Below are positions 24,446-36,869 of a stretch of 64,000 nt of DNA, piece by piece. A program made the position numbers and the translations under genes. The notes beneath the pieces are model-generated. The model saw only the letters and a program-made list of their open reading frames with translations, searched no databases and had not been told where the DNA came from. Source of the DNA: Chiloscyllium plagiosum (Eukaryota); NCBI RefSeq assembly GCF_004010195.1, contig NC_057718.1, positions 77,268,202 through 77,332,201 on the forward strand. Reading direction: 5' to 3'. How positions within the stretch are numbered: position 1 is the stretch's first letter; every line of letters begins with the position of its first letter.

Positions 24446-27400
24446 CAGAGAGCTATTTAGCTCGCAGTTTGTTTTTTGGTGCTCGTTACTGTTCTACCCC
24501 TAACTGTTCAAAATGTCTGGTTTTATACCCCAAAACAGCAGATCATTTCATTGGTTTGATGTCATCCCAGACAATAAAATTCAAAGTCAATTGGATTTTG
24601 GTATCTGGGGCATACTTTAAACTGATTGGCTGAATTTAAATTTGTTGTGTACCATGGCAACACAACACCAGATATTTATGTCAACCAAATGTCACATTTT
24701 AAAATCTTTCAGTGCACTCAGTCCCTCTCTTAAGTCCATGCCAGCTTCCAGTCTCTCTAAAAGATACAATACACATCTATACCTTCATAACTCCTCTCTC
24801 CTTAAGAAAAAATGAACTTGTAATGAAAAGATGGCTTCATTTTTTTTTCCACTATTACTTAACCACATTACCATGACATAGATATGACTTTAAACTAAGC
24901 TCATATTAACTTTCCACATGTGTATAAAACATTGAATAGATATCAATCTCATCTATACTGTCTCAGTTAAATCCACGATAACGCATCTGCGATTATATTC
25001 TTACACCCCGCAACATGTACGATTTGTAAATTAAATGTCTGTAACATAAGACTCCAATGAAATGATCTCATATTCCTGTCTTTAAAGTGTTCTAAGAATG
25101 TAAGAGGATTGTGATCCATGTACACAACCATCTCTAACGCATTGTTGTGACATACACATTAAAATGTTGAATGGCCAGTTTCCATCGTGGAGTGTTCCCT
25201 CTGGTGGATGTTGAGTTTCTTTGAAAAGTAACCAACTGGAAGTTCAATCCCATCATAATTTTTCTGTAGCTATACAGCTCCAATTGCTATGTCACTAGCA
25301 TCAATGGCAACTTTGAAGGGTTTTGAAAACGTTGGTTTAGCTAAAACTGGTGCAGTGGTTGAATGCCTCCTGGCATTGTTCTGTCCACCGAAACATTGTG
25401 TTCTTCTTCAGCAAATCGGTTAATGGTGCCATTACACTACTAAAGTTTGGAACAAACGTCCGATGGAATTTGCTTAGTCCCAAAATCGAAGCACCTCTTT
25501 CTTCGAGGTTGGTCATGGAAATTCCTCGATTTTAGGGACCACTAAACCTAGCTTTGAAGGGATGTCCTATCACTGGTAACAGTACTAACACATCATCCCC
25601 TTGAGAAAACATCCGAATCTCAGAGTTTTTATCTGCCACCTGCTTCATTCTGTTTGCATTTCATGGAGTCAACCTTCCATGACCGATGTTATGTCCCAAG
25701 AACATCACCTCTCCTTTAGTGAATTCAGTTTTATTTAAGTTTATTACCAGTTTTGCTTCTCATAGTCATTCAAAGAGCTTTGCCAGCTGTACCATGTGAA
25801 TTTTGCAGGACTTACTAAAGATCACTACATCGTCCAAATAGACTGCATAGTTTGTAAATTCAGTCACAACTCTGTTTATGAGTCTTTGGAATGTGGCGGG
25901 TGCATTCTTCATTCCAAAGGGTGTCACTTTAAACTGATATAGCTCATTTGGTTTCAAGCGCAGAAATGTATTTCGTCATCTCTGATAAAGGTACCTGCCA
26001 GTAACCATGCAATAAGTCCAACTTGGTGATGTAATTGGCTTGTCCAACTTTCTCAATATAGTCATCCAGTCTTGGTATTGGATATGAGTCTGATTTTGTA
26101 ACGGCGTTGACCTTCCGATAATCCGCGGTAAATCGTTGATTCCTGTCTGGTTTGGGAACTAAGGCAATCAACATACTCCACTCGCTCTGGCTTGGTTAGA
26201 TGATATCCTCGTTGAGAATAGCCTCCACCTCCTTCTGGACCTATCTGGCTTTGAAAGGATTAAGCTGATAGGGGTGTTGTTTTATCGGAACAGCATTCCC
26301 TGCATCTACATCATGTACAATAGCATTAGTCCTTCTCATCTGATTCCTACGTATGTCCTCATACTGTAGTAACAAACCTTTCAACTGTGTTCTTTGCTCC
26401 TGAGACAGATAGTTTGCTAACCTATCCCACTCCTCAAGGACTTCTTCATTTTTTAACATATTTTTGAGGCACATCAAAATCCACAATATCTGAATTTGAT
26501 TCCTCACTCTGCCCTGCAGTAACTAACACCAGTTCTTTCTCTGAAGTATAATACTATTTCAACATGTTCACATGACATACCCGATACAGTTTTCTTTCTA
26601 TCTAACATCTTTACTAGATAGCTCACCTGACCCAACTTTTTCTCAATTTGATAGGGACCACTAAACCTGGCTTTGAAGGGATGTCCTATCACTGGTAACA
26701 GTAGACACTGGACACATCACTGGACACATCATCCCCTTGAGAAAACATCCGAATCTCAGAGTTTTTATCTGCCACCTGCTTCATTCTGTGCTGTGCCCTC
26801 TTCCACCTACTCAATTTAATCTTTTGCGCACCTCCGATACATAATCTATCTTTGGTCCTGTCAATTTTTCTTTAATTAATTTCAAAGGGCCTCTCACTTC
26901 ATGACTGAATATTAACTCAAAGGGAGTAAACTGAGTAGATTCATTTGTGGCATCTCTAATGGCAAACAATGCGACTGGGATACCTCTATCCCAATCATTT
27001 GGGTAATCCTGACAGTATGCTGTCAGCATGGTCTTCAAGGTCTGATGCCACATTTCGAAAGCTCTATGGGCTTAAGGATGATATGTACTTGAGTTGAAGT
27101 GCTGTATTCCTAAGCTATCCATGACCTCCTTAAACAGCCTCGCAGTAAAATTAGAACCTTGGTCCGACTGAATCTTTCTGGGTAGCCCATACCGTGTGAA
27201 GAAAGCTATTAACTCCTCTGCCACCCTTTTTGCCTTGATACTCTGTAATGGAATTGCCTCCAGAAATCTGGTAGACACATCCATTATGGTTAACAAGTAC
27301 TAATTCGCATTTTTAGTTTCTCGGAAGGGACGTACAGAATCAATTATAACCCATGTGAAAGCTCTTTGAATGCGGGAACTGGCAACAAAGGTGCTAGTTT

Positions 27401-29854
27401 TATTACCATCTGTGGTTTACCTACCATTTGGCATGTATAACACATATGGCAAAACTTAACCACATCCTTGTGTATTCCAGGCCAAAATAAATGTTTTTGA
27501 ACCTTAGCCTGAGTCTTTTGTACCCCTAGATGACCACCTACAGGTAGTTCATGTGCTGCCCGTAACACTTCCTGTCTGTATGCTACCGGCAACATTATCT
27601 GGTGCACTTCGGCCCATTTCTCCTCTGCACTAACCTGCCGTGGTCTCCATTTTCACCTTAGGATTCTATCTTCCAGATAAAAACCCTCAGGAATATTCTC
27701 TGCATCCTTTTCGGCATACACATCCACATATATATCTTTTATCATCTTGTCTTTCTGTTACAAGTCCCTTAGCCTTTCAGGACTAAACACTTTTGTCTGA
27801 CCCTCTTCCTGTTCAGGTTTTTTCTGCACCATTACATCAAATAGGGTGTCTGCTAACTGACCCTCAACTCCTTCATCTTTCTCAGTACCTTTTGCTTTGT
27901 GCTAGGACTTATGATAGAGGAATCTTGTTACTACACAGTCTGGGAAAATACCAGGATATTTTTCTTTTAACTCCTCAGTTTCCTGGTCTTCCTTCGGCTT
28001 TTCCACAACTAGGGGTGTCACTCCCACCTTGGACCCTGCTAAATCATTCGCAAGAACAAACTGGATTCCTGGAACTTACACTCTGTCAACCATTCCCACT
28101 GTTACTTCCCCAGTCTTGAGTTGGCACTCCAACCTGACCTTACATAGGGGAACACTAAATTTCTGTCCATCTGTCCCACAAGTTACCACAATCCCGAGTA
28201 ACAGATGATAAAGAGTGCAAATTTGCTCATCTCTTACTATTACACACTGCTTAGATCCTGTATCTCTCAAAATTATAACTTCTTGCCCTTTTCCCCCATT
28301 CTTTCTGAGTAAACTTTACCCACAGAGGTGAATTCTTTTCAGCAATCAGGCACTAACTCCACACCCAGGCCTTGCCTAGGCTGTGCACTCTCCTACAGTT
28401 CCTCGGCTTTTCTTGGGTTTCCTTTACTACTCTCACTAGTGCCACTGACTTAGCTTCTTTTACCACATCTTTTCCCACAATGCCTTTCTTTAACAACCAG
28501 CACTGTGACTTTACGTGTCCCACTTTACCACAGTGGAAACACATGAGGCTTTCACCTTCTTTCCACCATATTGGGCTTCTTTTTTAAACCTGTGCTAAAC
28601 ACTTAACTGTGTTCTCTACTCTTTGTTCCATAGTGCAGGATCTCCCCTTCTCCCAACTTCTAACCCTCACAGGACGAAATTCGGCCGGAAGCTTGTCTTA
28701 TGCACCAACATCTATGCATCTGCTAATTCTGCTGCCCTTCTCACTTCCTGAACTTTCTGTTCATCCACGTGAATTCTTACCATTTCTGGAAGTGAGTTTT
28801 TAACCTCCTTCAGTAATAATCTCTCTTTGAGCCTCATAGGTCTTATCTATCTTTAAGGCCCACACCCATCTATCAAAATGTTTAATTCTTTTGAACTCAA
28901 CATAAGTCTGACTTGGTTCCTTCATTGTGTTTCTGAACTGCTGTCTATATGCTTCTGGTACCAATTCATAAGCACTTAAAATAGCCCGTTTAACTTCTTC
29001 ATAATCTCTTGACCCCTCATCTGACAGGCAGAGTTAGTGAGGTATTTGCCGCACTAACAGTTTAGTCTGAACTAGCATTACCCATAAATCCTTGGACCAC
29101 CCATCTGCCTAGCCAATTTTTCAAATGAAATTAAGAAGGCTTCAACATCTTTCCCATCAAAATGTGGCAGAGTTTTGACATCTTTTAAATCTCCGTCCTG
29201 TAAACTTGACTTTGCTGACTAAGTCGCAACTTCTCAAATTCAAATTCTCTCTCTTTTTGCTCAGCTAAGAACCTTCTCTCTTCTTCTCGCTCCCTTTCTT
29301 CTTTATCTCTTTCTTTCTCCCTTTCTTCTCTCTCTTTCTCTCCCTTTTTACTCTCTCTTTGCTCAGTTAAGAACCTTGTCTTTCTTTTTCCTCTCTCTTT
29401 CTCTTTGTCTCTCCCTCTCTCTCTCTTTGTTTATCTTCTAGCTCCATTTTCCTCAAATATAATTTAAGATTTTCTAACTCTCCTGCACTCGTCTGTTTCT
29501 CTGACACACCTAAGTTTTTAAAGAATTCCCTTACAATTTCAGCTTTACTTATTCTAACCTTTTTGCTAATTTTAAGAGTATGGTCTTTTCATTTCTTTCT
29601 AAACTTTCTTGGCAAATTTGGGAATCATCTTCAAACCCCAGAACTTCTTTAGCCATTTTAAGAGCCATTCCTCTCACTTCTAATTTAACCAACCACAAGT
29701 AACCGAAATTAAACAAATGGTCTCACCTACGTTTTATTTAAAGATGTAGAACACTAACCGGCAAGAGTTTAATTCTGCTGGGCTTTTTTGTACCTCAAAT
29801 CTATTAAAATCTTTCCCAAACTCAGACTGGATCTGTCTAAACCTGTTCAAATTA

Positions 29855-29865
29855 GACGAGCCCCC
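29855..29865 (-). promoter_or_regulatory. Primer-binding site complementary to tRNA-Pro
   Basis: GGGGGCTCGTC, 6 nt inside the 5' LTR, matches the canonical PBS-Pro TGGGGGCTCGTCCGGGAT for 11 nt. Confidence 0.75.
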
Positions 29866-29871
29866 TAAAAC

Positions 29872-30575
29872 TGTTACGACACAAGGTAATTTAAACTTGA
29901 CACAGAGAAGTTGCTCCCCTCAAGTGGTAATCTGTTAAATTGTGAGAGGCAAAGGACCACCCCAGAGGTCACTATTTAAAGTAAAATTAACAATTTTATT
30001 ATTTAAGTCCAACAGAGAACATTAAAAGCAACAACTGTTTACAACTCTTTTCTCTTCCTTTCTCTTTTGCCTCCCACTTTACAAATCTGTTCTGATAAAT
30101 TCCCTCTTTAATGTATGGAAAAATCAATTTCAAACTCAGGTATAGTCTTCGGGTGTTGAACTTTCTCTGTAGATTCCTCTAGGTCGATTTGGTGTTCTGC
30201 TGCACAAATTTCTTATAGACAAGTACCTTTCAGAGAGCTATTCAGCTAGCAGTTTGTATGTTGGTGCTCGTTGCTGTTCTACCCCTAACTGTTCACAATG
30301 TCTGGTTTTATACCCCAAAACAGTGGATCATTCATTGGTGTGATGTCATCCCAGACAATAAAATTCGAAGTCAATTGGATTTTGGTATCTGGGGCATACT
30401 TTAAACTGATTGGCCGAATTTAAATTTGTTTTGTACCATGGCAACACAGAACCAGCTATTTGTGTCAACCAAATGTTACATTTTTAAATCTTTCAGTGCA
30501 CTCTGTCCCTCTCTAAGTTCATGTCAGCTTCCAATCTCTTTTAAAGGTGCAGTACACACTTACACCTTCATAACA
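29872..30575 (-). repeat. 5' LTR of the Gmr1-like element
   Basis: TGTTA...TAACA inverted termini; aligns with 22305-22665 plus 24446-24792. Confidence 0.9.
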
Positions 30576-31150
30576 CATTGTAAACTAAAAATCTTTTGCC
30601 TCTGCGTAGTCTGTAGCCCTCTATTCCTTGCCTATTTATATAGTAATCAAAATGTCTCTTAAACATTACTACTATATCTGCCTCCAGCACCTCCTCTGCA
30701 GCAAATTTACTACCTTCTGTGTAAAAACCCTGACTCTCATGTCTCCTTTAGACATGCATCCTTTTAACATAAACCTATGTCCCCCAGTAATTAACATTGA
30801 AAAAGATTCCAACTATCCATGCCTCTCCTAATTTTGTAAACTTCTACCAGGTCACCCCTCATTCCTTTGACATTCAAGTGAAAACAAACTAAGTTTGTCC
30901 AATTTCTCTTCTTGGCTAATACCCTCCAAACCAGGCAACATCCTGATAAACCATTTCTATACTCTCTCCAAAGCCTCCACATCCTCCTTGTAGTGTGGCG
31001 CCCAGAACTGAACCCAATAATCCAAATGTGGTCTAATTAAAATTCTATGCAGCTGCAACATGACTTACTGATTTTTATATTCTGTGCTGTGACCAATGAA
31101 GGCAAGCATGCCATATGCCTTCTTTCCCAAAGTGCTTTACACCGCCAGAT
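30576..31150 (-). mobile_element. CR1 3' fragment whose tail continues at ~22240-22304 (host of the Gypsy insertion)
   Basis: RGDLVEVYKI motif; the tail sequence resumes on the other side of the LTR element. Confidence 0.8.
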
Positions 31151-31699
31151 GGCCAATTATTCTTTTCTCAGTACACATTACCCATTCTGAAGAAGAGTCT
31201 TGAAACAATAACACTGTTTCTCTCTCCACAAATCCTGCCAGACCTTTTGAGTTTCTCTGGAGGCAACTGTCCCTGCAGAATGCTGACAAGGGAGAGGTGG
31301 GGAACCTGTGTCTGGTGGTTGCTGAATTGAAAAAAAGGGATGTGATAATCTCAAATGTGGCAAGCAATCAAAGCACATCTATGAAAGCAGACACATGCTA
31401 AGCGAATCCATTTGTGATAAAAGTACAATACTGTAGTTGCTGGAAATGTGAAAGTCATACAGAAACTTTGACATATTTGAGATTATCATACATTTTTCGT
31501 TGTTAAATTTCCTCCTTTCAATGTCTAAATGCTTTTTGGAACCACTTAAGAGAAATTGCATGGAGGAGAACTTCAGACAATAAAACTGTAATTATTCTGT
31601 AGGAAGAGAGACATTTTTTTAACCACCGGACATTATTCCCCAATTTATTTTACAGTGAGCCCATACCTCATATCATTGTAGTTTCTCTATTTTCAATTT

Positions 31700-32620
31700 A
31701 GCAAACACCAGACACCTGTTCCCCACCTCTTCCTTGTCAGCATTCTGCAGAGACCATTGCCTCCAGCACACCCTGGTCCACTCCTCCATTACCAACACCT
31801 TCCCACATCCCCATGGCATCCTTCCATTTAATCGCAGAAGGTACAACACTTATCCATTTATCTCTTCCCTCCTCACCATCCAAGGCTTCAGGCACACCTT
31901 CCAGGTGAAGCAGTAATTTATCTGCACTTCATTAAATCTAGTCTCTTGTATTCACTGATCACACTGTGATCTCCTCTACAATGGGGGGATGAAATGCAGA
32001 TTGTGACCACTTGCAGAACACCTAAATTCTTCCTGTAAAAATGGCCATGAGCTTTCAGCACATGCCACTTTGACACAACACTGTATTCCCATGCAAACAT
32101 TTCTGTCTCAGGTCTGTTGCAGTGCTCCAGTGAGACTCAAAGGAAGCTGGAGGAATAACACCAAATCTTTCACTTAGGTGCCTTTCAACCTTAAGGAATT
32201 CACATCGAGCTTAACAAGTTCAGAGCAGGAATGCCTCCTTCCACATTCACTATCTACCCCCACAACATCCATGAAATGATTGGTCTTCAGCACAGCCAAC
32301 ACATTTACAACTATTCATACTCTGTCCCCATTATCAGCCTCATAGCTTCTCTTCTTCCCTGGCTTACTATCAACAATCCCTTTGTCTGCTGACTCTTTTT
32401 CTTTCTCTCTGGGTTCCATCTCCACTGATCAGCTCACTCCCCCTCCATATCCCTCTTCATCAACGTAAATACCTCCTTTTCCTAGCTGCTTCTAGTTCTG
32501 AAGAAGGGTCACTGGACTTGAAATATTAATTGTTTTCTCTTCACAAATACCAATAAACCTGATGGGTTTCTCCAGCAATTTCTTGTATTATTTGTTTCAG
32601 ACCTCCAGCATCCTCAGTTC
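31700..32620 (+). mobile_element. Older Penelope-like 3' fragment (GIY-YIG plus pLTR with degenerate hammerhead at ~32498), with an associated short piece at ~31185-31318
   Basis: FQVKQ.FICTSLNLVSCI..SHCDLLY motif; ctgaagaagggtcactggacttgaaa; 31274-31318 is an inverted copy of ~31707-31752. Confidence 0.75.
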
Positions 32621-33782
32621 TTTGTTTAAATTTTAACAAAACGTGTTTTTGAACAGATGTTTTGTGCTTAAGAAGACTAATATGGCTTACTAATGTTTTT
32701 TCAGAATAAAATGAATGAATAGTTTGTGATCTCTGTACTTCTGAGTCTTGAAATTAATCAACAGCATACTAGTGGACATGTTCATCTGACATTTCTCTGT
32801 TGATAGTCCAATGAAAGTGTCAATTTGTTTATTTTGAACAGGCTAATTTCCCATTAAATGGTACAAAGAAGAATGTCAGATACACATCTTCAGTATTTAA
32901 ATTTTTCATAAAGGGATATGAAGTCTAATATTTTCATTTGCACACATCAGGACTGAAACATTAAAAAAACTAACTTTGGAAAGGAAGCAACAGTTTACTG
33001 AGCACCAGGAGACTGGTTGGATTTTGGTTGACCTGGTGATATGTCACGAGTTGTTAACCGACTTATATACTAAATGTTAATTTAAAATGTTCAGCATTCA
33101 TATCCAAGATGAGTAGAATACACAATAGTATAAGTGGCACACATAGTCTATTGAAAAGAGTGAATCCGTTAGGGCAAGTGGCTTTTATCTTATTTCATAG
33201 TAACATGCTTATGCTTTTCATTGGAAATCCACATGTATTATATTACTGTAATTTTCAGTCATTAAATAAAAATCTAATTTCCTAATTATTAAACCATCAT
33301 TTGATACAGATGTATAAGGTGGTTATTTAAAATTTAATCCCAATTATAAGCTATCCCAACTGTAGAAATTGATAGGTTGTGATGCCATTCCAAATCTCTG
33401 CCATTGGTGTAAACAGAGAACAAAATTAGGTGAGGTAGAGAACAGGTGTCTGACTTGAACGTATTTTATTCCTATAAAATGGTTAAATTAAAATTAAAGC
33501 GTTTGCTTTATAACATTTCAGTAACAAATGAGAGCTGAGTTTTCAGCTCATTTTTAGCTTAGCTGCAAAAATAACTATTGTTTATTTGTAATCAAAGTAA
33601 ATTGTGAAAATTTTTTAAAATGAGAATAGTACTTCCAAAAGATTGTTCATCATAGCAAGTTTAAGTTTTAATTTTTTTACATAATATTTGGTTACAGATT
33701 TACAACCATGAAGTACACTTATTCTTATGAAAATGTGATAGATTCTGTCAAAGAGAAGAAAAGTTGACAGGTGTATATAGCC

Positions 33783-33979
33783 GAAAATGTGTTGCTGGAA
33801 AAGCGCAGCAGGTCAGGCAGCATCCAAGGAACAGGAGAATCGACGTTTCGGGCATAAGCCCTTCTTCAGGAATGCCCGAAACGTCGATTCTCCTGTTCTT
33901 TGGATGCTGCCTGACCTGCTGCGCTTTTCCAGCAACACATTCCGATCTCCAGCATCTGCAACCCTCACTTTCTTCTCGA
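33783..33979. mobile_element. Young hairpin Penelope-derived insertion
   Basis: 70-bp arms 33786-33855 / 33872-33941; 14-bp TSD aggtgtatatagcc (33769-33782) / aggtgtgtatagcc (33980-33993). Confidence 0.92.
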
Positions 33980-34035
33980 AGGTGTGTATAGCCATCTATT
34001 ATATTGAGGTAACCATCTATCATTTTTACCCCCAG

Positions 34036-34176
34036 TTGGAACAATTTCTGGCAAATGGTAGTCGAATTATCACCTTTCGGAATGGCACAAGAAAGGAAGT
34101 CAGTGCAGATGGCCAATGTGTCACAATCACATTCTTCAATGGAGATGTGAAAACATTCATGCCAGATCAGAAAGTG
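34036..34176 (+). CDS. CENPJ: CENPJ-family gene, TCP/G-box exon ([47 protein letters not shown])
   Basis: ttttacccccag| acceptor, GTG|gtatgt donor, 141 bp. [11 protein letters not shown] and TFFNGDVK match CPAP. Confidence 0.95.
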
Positions 34177-35634
34177 GTATGTACAAATGATGTCTTACAA
34201 TAGTTATTACAGACTGAAGAAAGCAGCACAGGCTAATTTAAATGTTAAAAGAGACACGGGTTTTGATATATTAAATAGAGAATGTGTTTCAAACTACAAT
34301 TATTCACTTTGAGCATTTCAAAAATCACATTTCCAAAACACTGAAGACCTGGAATAAAGATCAGATCACATGTTCCTCAATGTACGACTGCTTTATGTTT
34401 TTGCAATTTAAAAAAAATGAAACTCACAGCTATCATACCCAGATTGTTATATTGAACCCTTATTTTTAACTTTTTTGTAGGAATCTCAGTGATCCAAAAA
34501 TCTTGAAATACATACTTTTGAATTAAAGTATTTGGATTTCATTTTGCTTTTAAGTGATAATGTAAAATTTGTGATTGGGAATCACCAACAAGATTTCCAT
34601 GTTTCCTGATTGTTATTTTGTTGTCTCCAATTTACTTTCCACTGCTGCTCCAGCATTCATCTGGGAGTACAGCCACTTTCTTTCAGGCAGTATAATTTTT
34701 GTGAGTTGAAAATGTGGTCACAAATTTAGTCTCAGTCATAGATTTCTTTGTATATCATAAACTGTTGGAAACTCACAACAATAGAAAATGCAAGTTTCTT
34801 ACAACCTCTGTTTTGAAATTTCAGCAGAGACTTGGGGATGTGGTTAACTTAAGAGTCTTTGTCATGAAGTCTTATCTGATGTGAAGCCTGATTAGATACC
34901 CAAGAAGCATATCATTGCGTTGGTTTTTAGGGTTCCCAATTGCATGTTCATTACATTTCATGACATGTGCGAGGACCAGGATCTTGCAGAGTTATCCTGT
35001 AATATAATTCCTCAATATTGTAGTTTAGTAACTGTTCAAAGTAATTCTCTTTATTTCAAACAAATGTTGCTATCTTTGTGCTATATTTTGACAATTTTTG
35101 GATATTTTCATAAGTTCTTTGGCATCTGAGGGAAATAATTTTGGTGAAATGTCTGATCCTGATGTAGAATTTTTGTCTGTGCGCTTCTGTGGAATTCAGT
35201 AATTAATGTAAAATTATAGGAAGTGTATGAATACATTCCACGCATGGTTGGGAAACAGCATTTATGCCAAGAATGTAACTTCATTTCTACAGAAGAGAAC
35301 CAGTGTTGGAAAGATTGCTCGACTTGGATTTCCAGAAATCTTTTCACAATGTTCTGCAAGGGAGATTGAACCTAAATTGAATAGTGGAACTAAATTATGG
35401 AAGTATTTGGAAATGGAATAATGACTTTGAAGTTTTATTTTATTGATCAACTTGACAAAGGCATTATATAAGATTAATTTTACAAATATGTGTAAGCTGA
35501 AATGAGGTAGTGGTTGTGAGCTGCTTTATTTCATCCTGTTTAAAAAACTGCAGTTTTCCACTTTGCACACCTCCTTCAATGGTAAACAACAGAAACGTTA
35601 GCAAAATAATATTTTATCACTTTGTGCTTCCCCT

Positions 35635-36190
35635 CCCATTTGCCTGGATGTGTGCAGCTCCAACAACACTCAAGAAGTTTGACACCATCTAAGACATAAC
35701 ACCCACTTAATTGGCACCACGTTCACGGACTTTCATTCCTTACACTCAGTAGCAGCAGTGTGTAGCATCTCCAAAATGCTCTGCACAAATTCACCAAGAT
35801 TCCTTAGATAGCATTCCTGAAGAAGGGCTTATGCCCAAAACGTTGATTCTCCTGCTCCTCGGATGCTGCCTGGCCTGCTGTGTTTTTCCAGCACCACATT
35901 TTTCAACTTCAGCATCTTCCAAACATACCACCATTTCTATTTTGAAGTATAAGAGCACCAAATGCAAGTTTCCCTCCAAGCCACTCACCAGCCTGACTTG
36001 AAAATATTATTTCATTCCTTCCATGAGACTGGGCCAAAACCCTGTAACTCCCTCCTTAATGGCATTGTGGCTCTACCTATACCAAATGGACTGCAGCAGT
36101 TCAAAAGCGTAGCTCACCACATTCAGAATGGCAACTGAGGATTGGCAACAAATGCTGGCCCAGCTAGCCACACCTACATATCATTAATGA
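35635..36190 (+). mobile_element. CR1/L2-group LINE 3' fragment (same family as 44030-45570), with a hammerhead-type insert at ~35813-35910
   Basis: AWMCAAPTTLKKFDTI; homologous to 45255-45570. Confidence 0.7.
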
Positions 36191-36869
36191 GTTTTTATAA
36201 AGGTGTAGCGGTCTTTACCCTGGATCTCAGGAACTCCAACATTCAGAGGATATATCTGGCCATATCTCAGCAGTTAGTCAGAAGCTGCCTGCCTCTACCT
36301 CTGTTGAAGCCTTCTGGGAAGTTGCCTGACTATGCTACAGATATTGAAAGTCCAGATGGAGAGCAGATATCCATTAATTAAGGCAAGGTAAAACATATTG
36401 AATCCTTTAGTTTGCAGAAGATCATGTTTTGTTCACTACTGAGATAGTCAATGTAATTGAGTGGATAGATCAATGATTGTTCAACAAGGTAGTTTGGAAG
36501 TACCTTTCTTCACATCTCCAATGATGAGGCATGCCAAAATGCCACTAATTTCTACCACTTTCTTTTCTGAATTTGCCAACTGCACAAACTGTGGAGGATC
36601 ACCTCTGGTATTTTCTTCTCCACAATATTCTGTGCTGCCTTCTGCAATGGGGGAAGAACAAGCTTCTAATGACTCTTATTCACCCAATTAATAAATGGTG
36701 AGGTTTATTACATTATTAATGTTTAAATTATCCCAAAGAACCATTAATTTAGTTCAATAATTAGTTAAGAATATAATTAATTAAGACAAATTAATAAAAT
36801 CATGCTACTCATGCTTAAACTGGATGCGTGCAAATTACCTCTTGGGGAGATGATGTGTTGCAGTTAAAG

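Larger units (their letters stand above)
22305..24792 (-). repeat. 3' LTR of the Gmr1-like element, split by SINE/CR1 insertions (22666-24445)
   Basis: Starts TGTTACGACAC; the two halves join to match the other LTR. Purine tract (minus strand aaggagagagg) lies just inside at ~24792-24803. Confidence 0.88.
22305..30575 (-). mobile_element. Near full-length Gmr1-like Gypsy LTR retrotransposon (gag with SCAN-like domain and CCHC, then PR-INT-RT-RNaseH), pseudogenised
   Basis: Paired LTRs; CFHCGKVGHVKSQC knuckle; RDTGS protease; HELPVGGHLG..C..C and IQSDQGSNF integrase upstream of RT (PIKQHPY, GMKNAPATFQ, YLDD); RNase H at ~25050-25330. Confidence 0.93.

Noticed and set aside
22300..30580. TSD of the Gmr1-like element
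   Set aside because: Flanks ttttg and cattg share only 3 of 5 bases; not claimed.
33787..34203. 138-aa ORF fusing hairpin-repeat sequence to the TCP exon
   Set aside because: Chance open frame; a strong acceptor at 34035 defines the real exon start.
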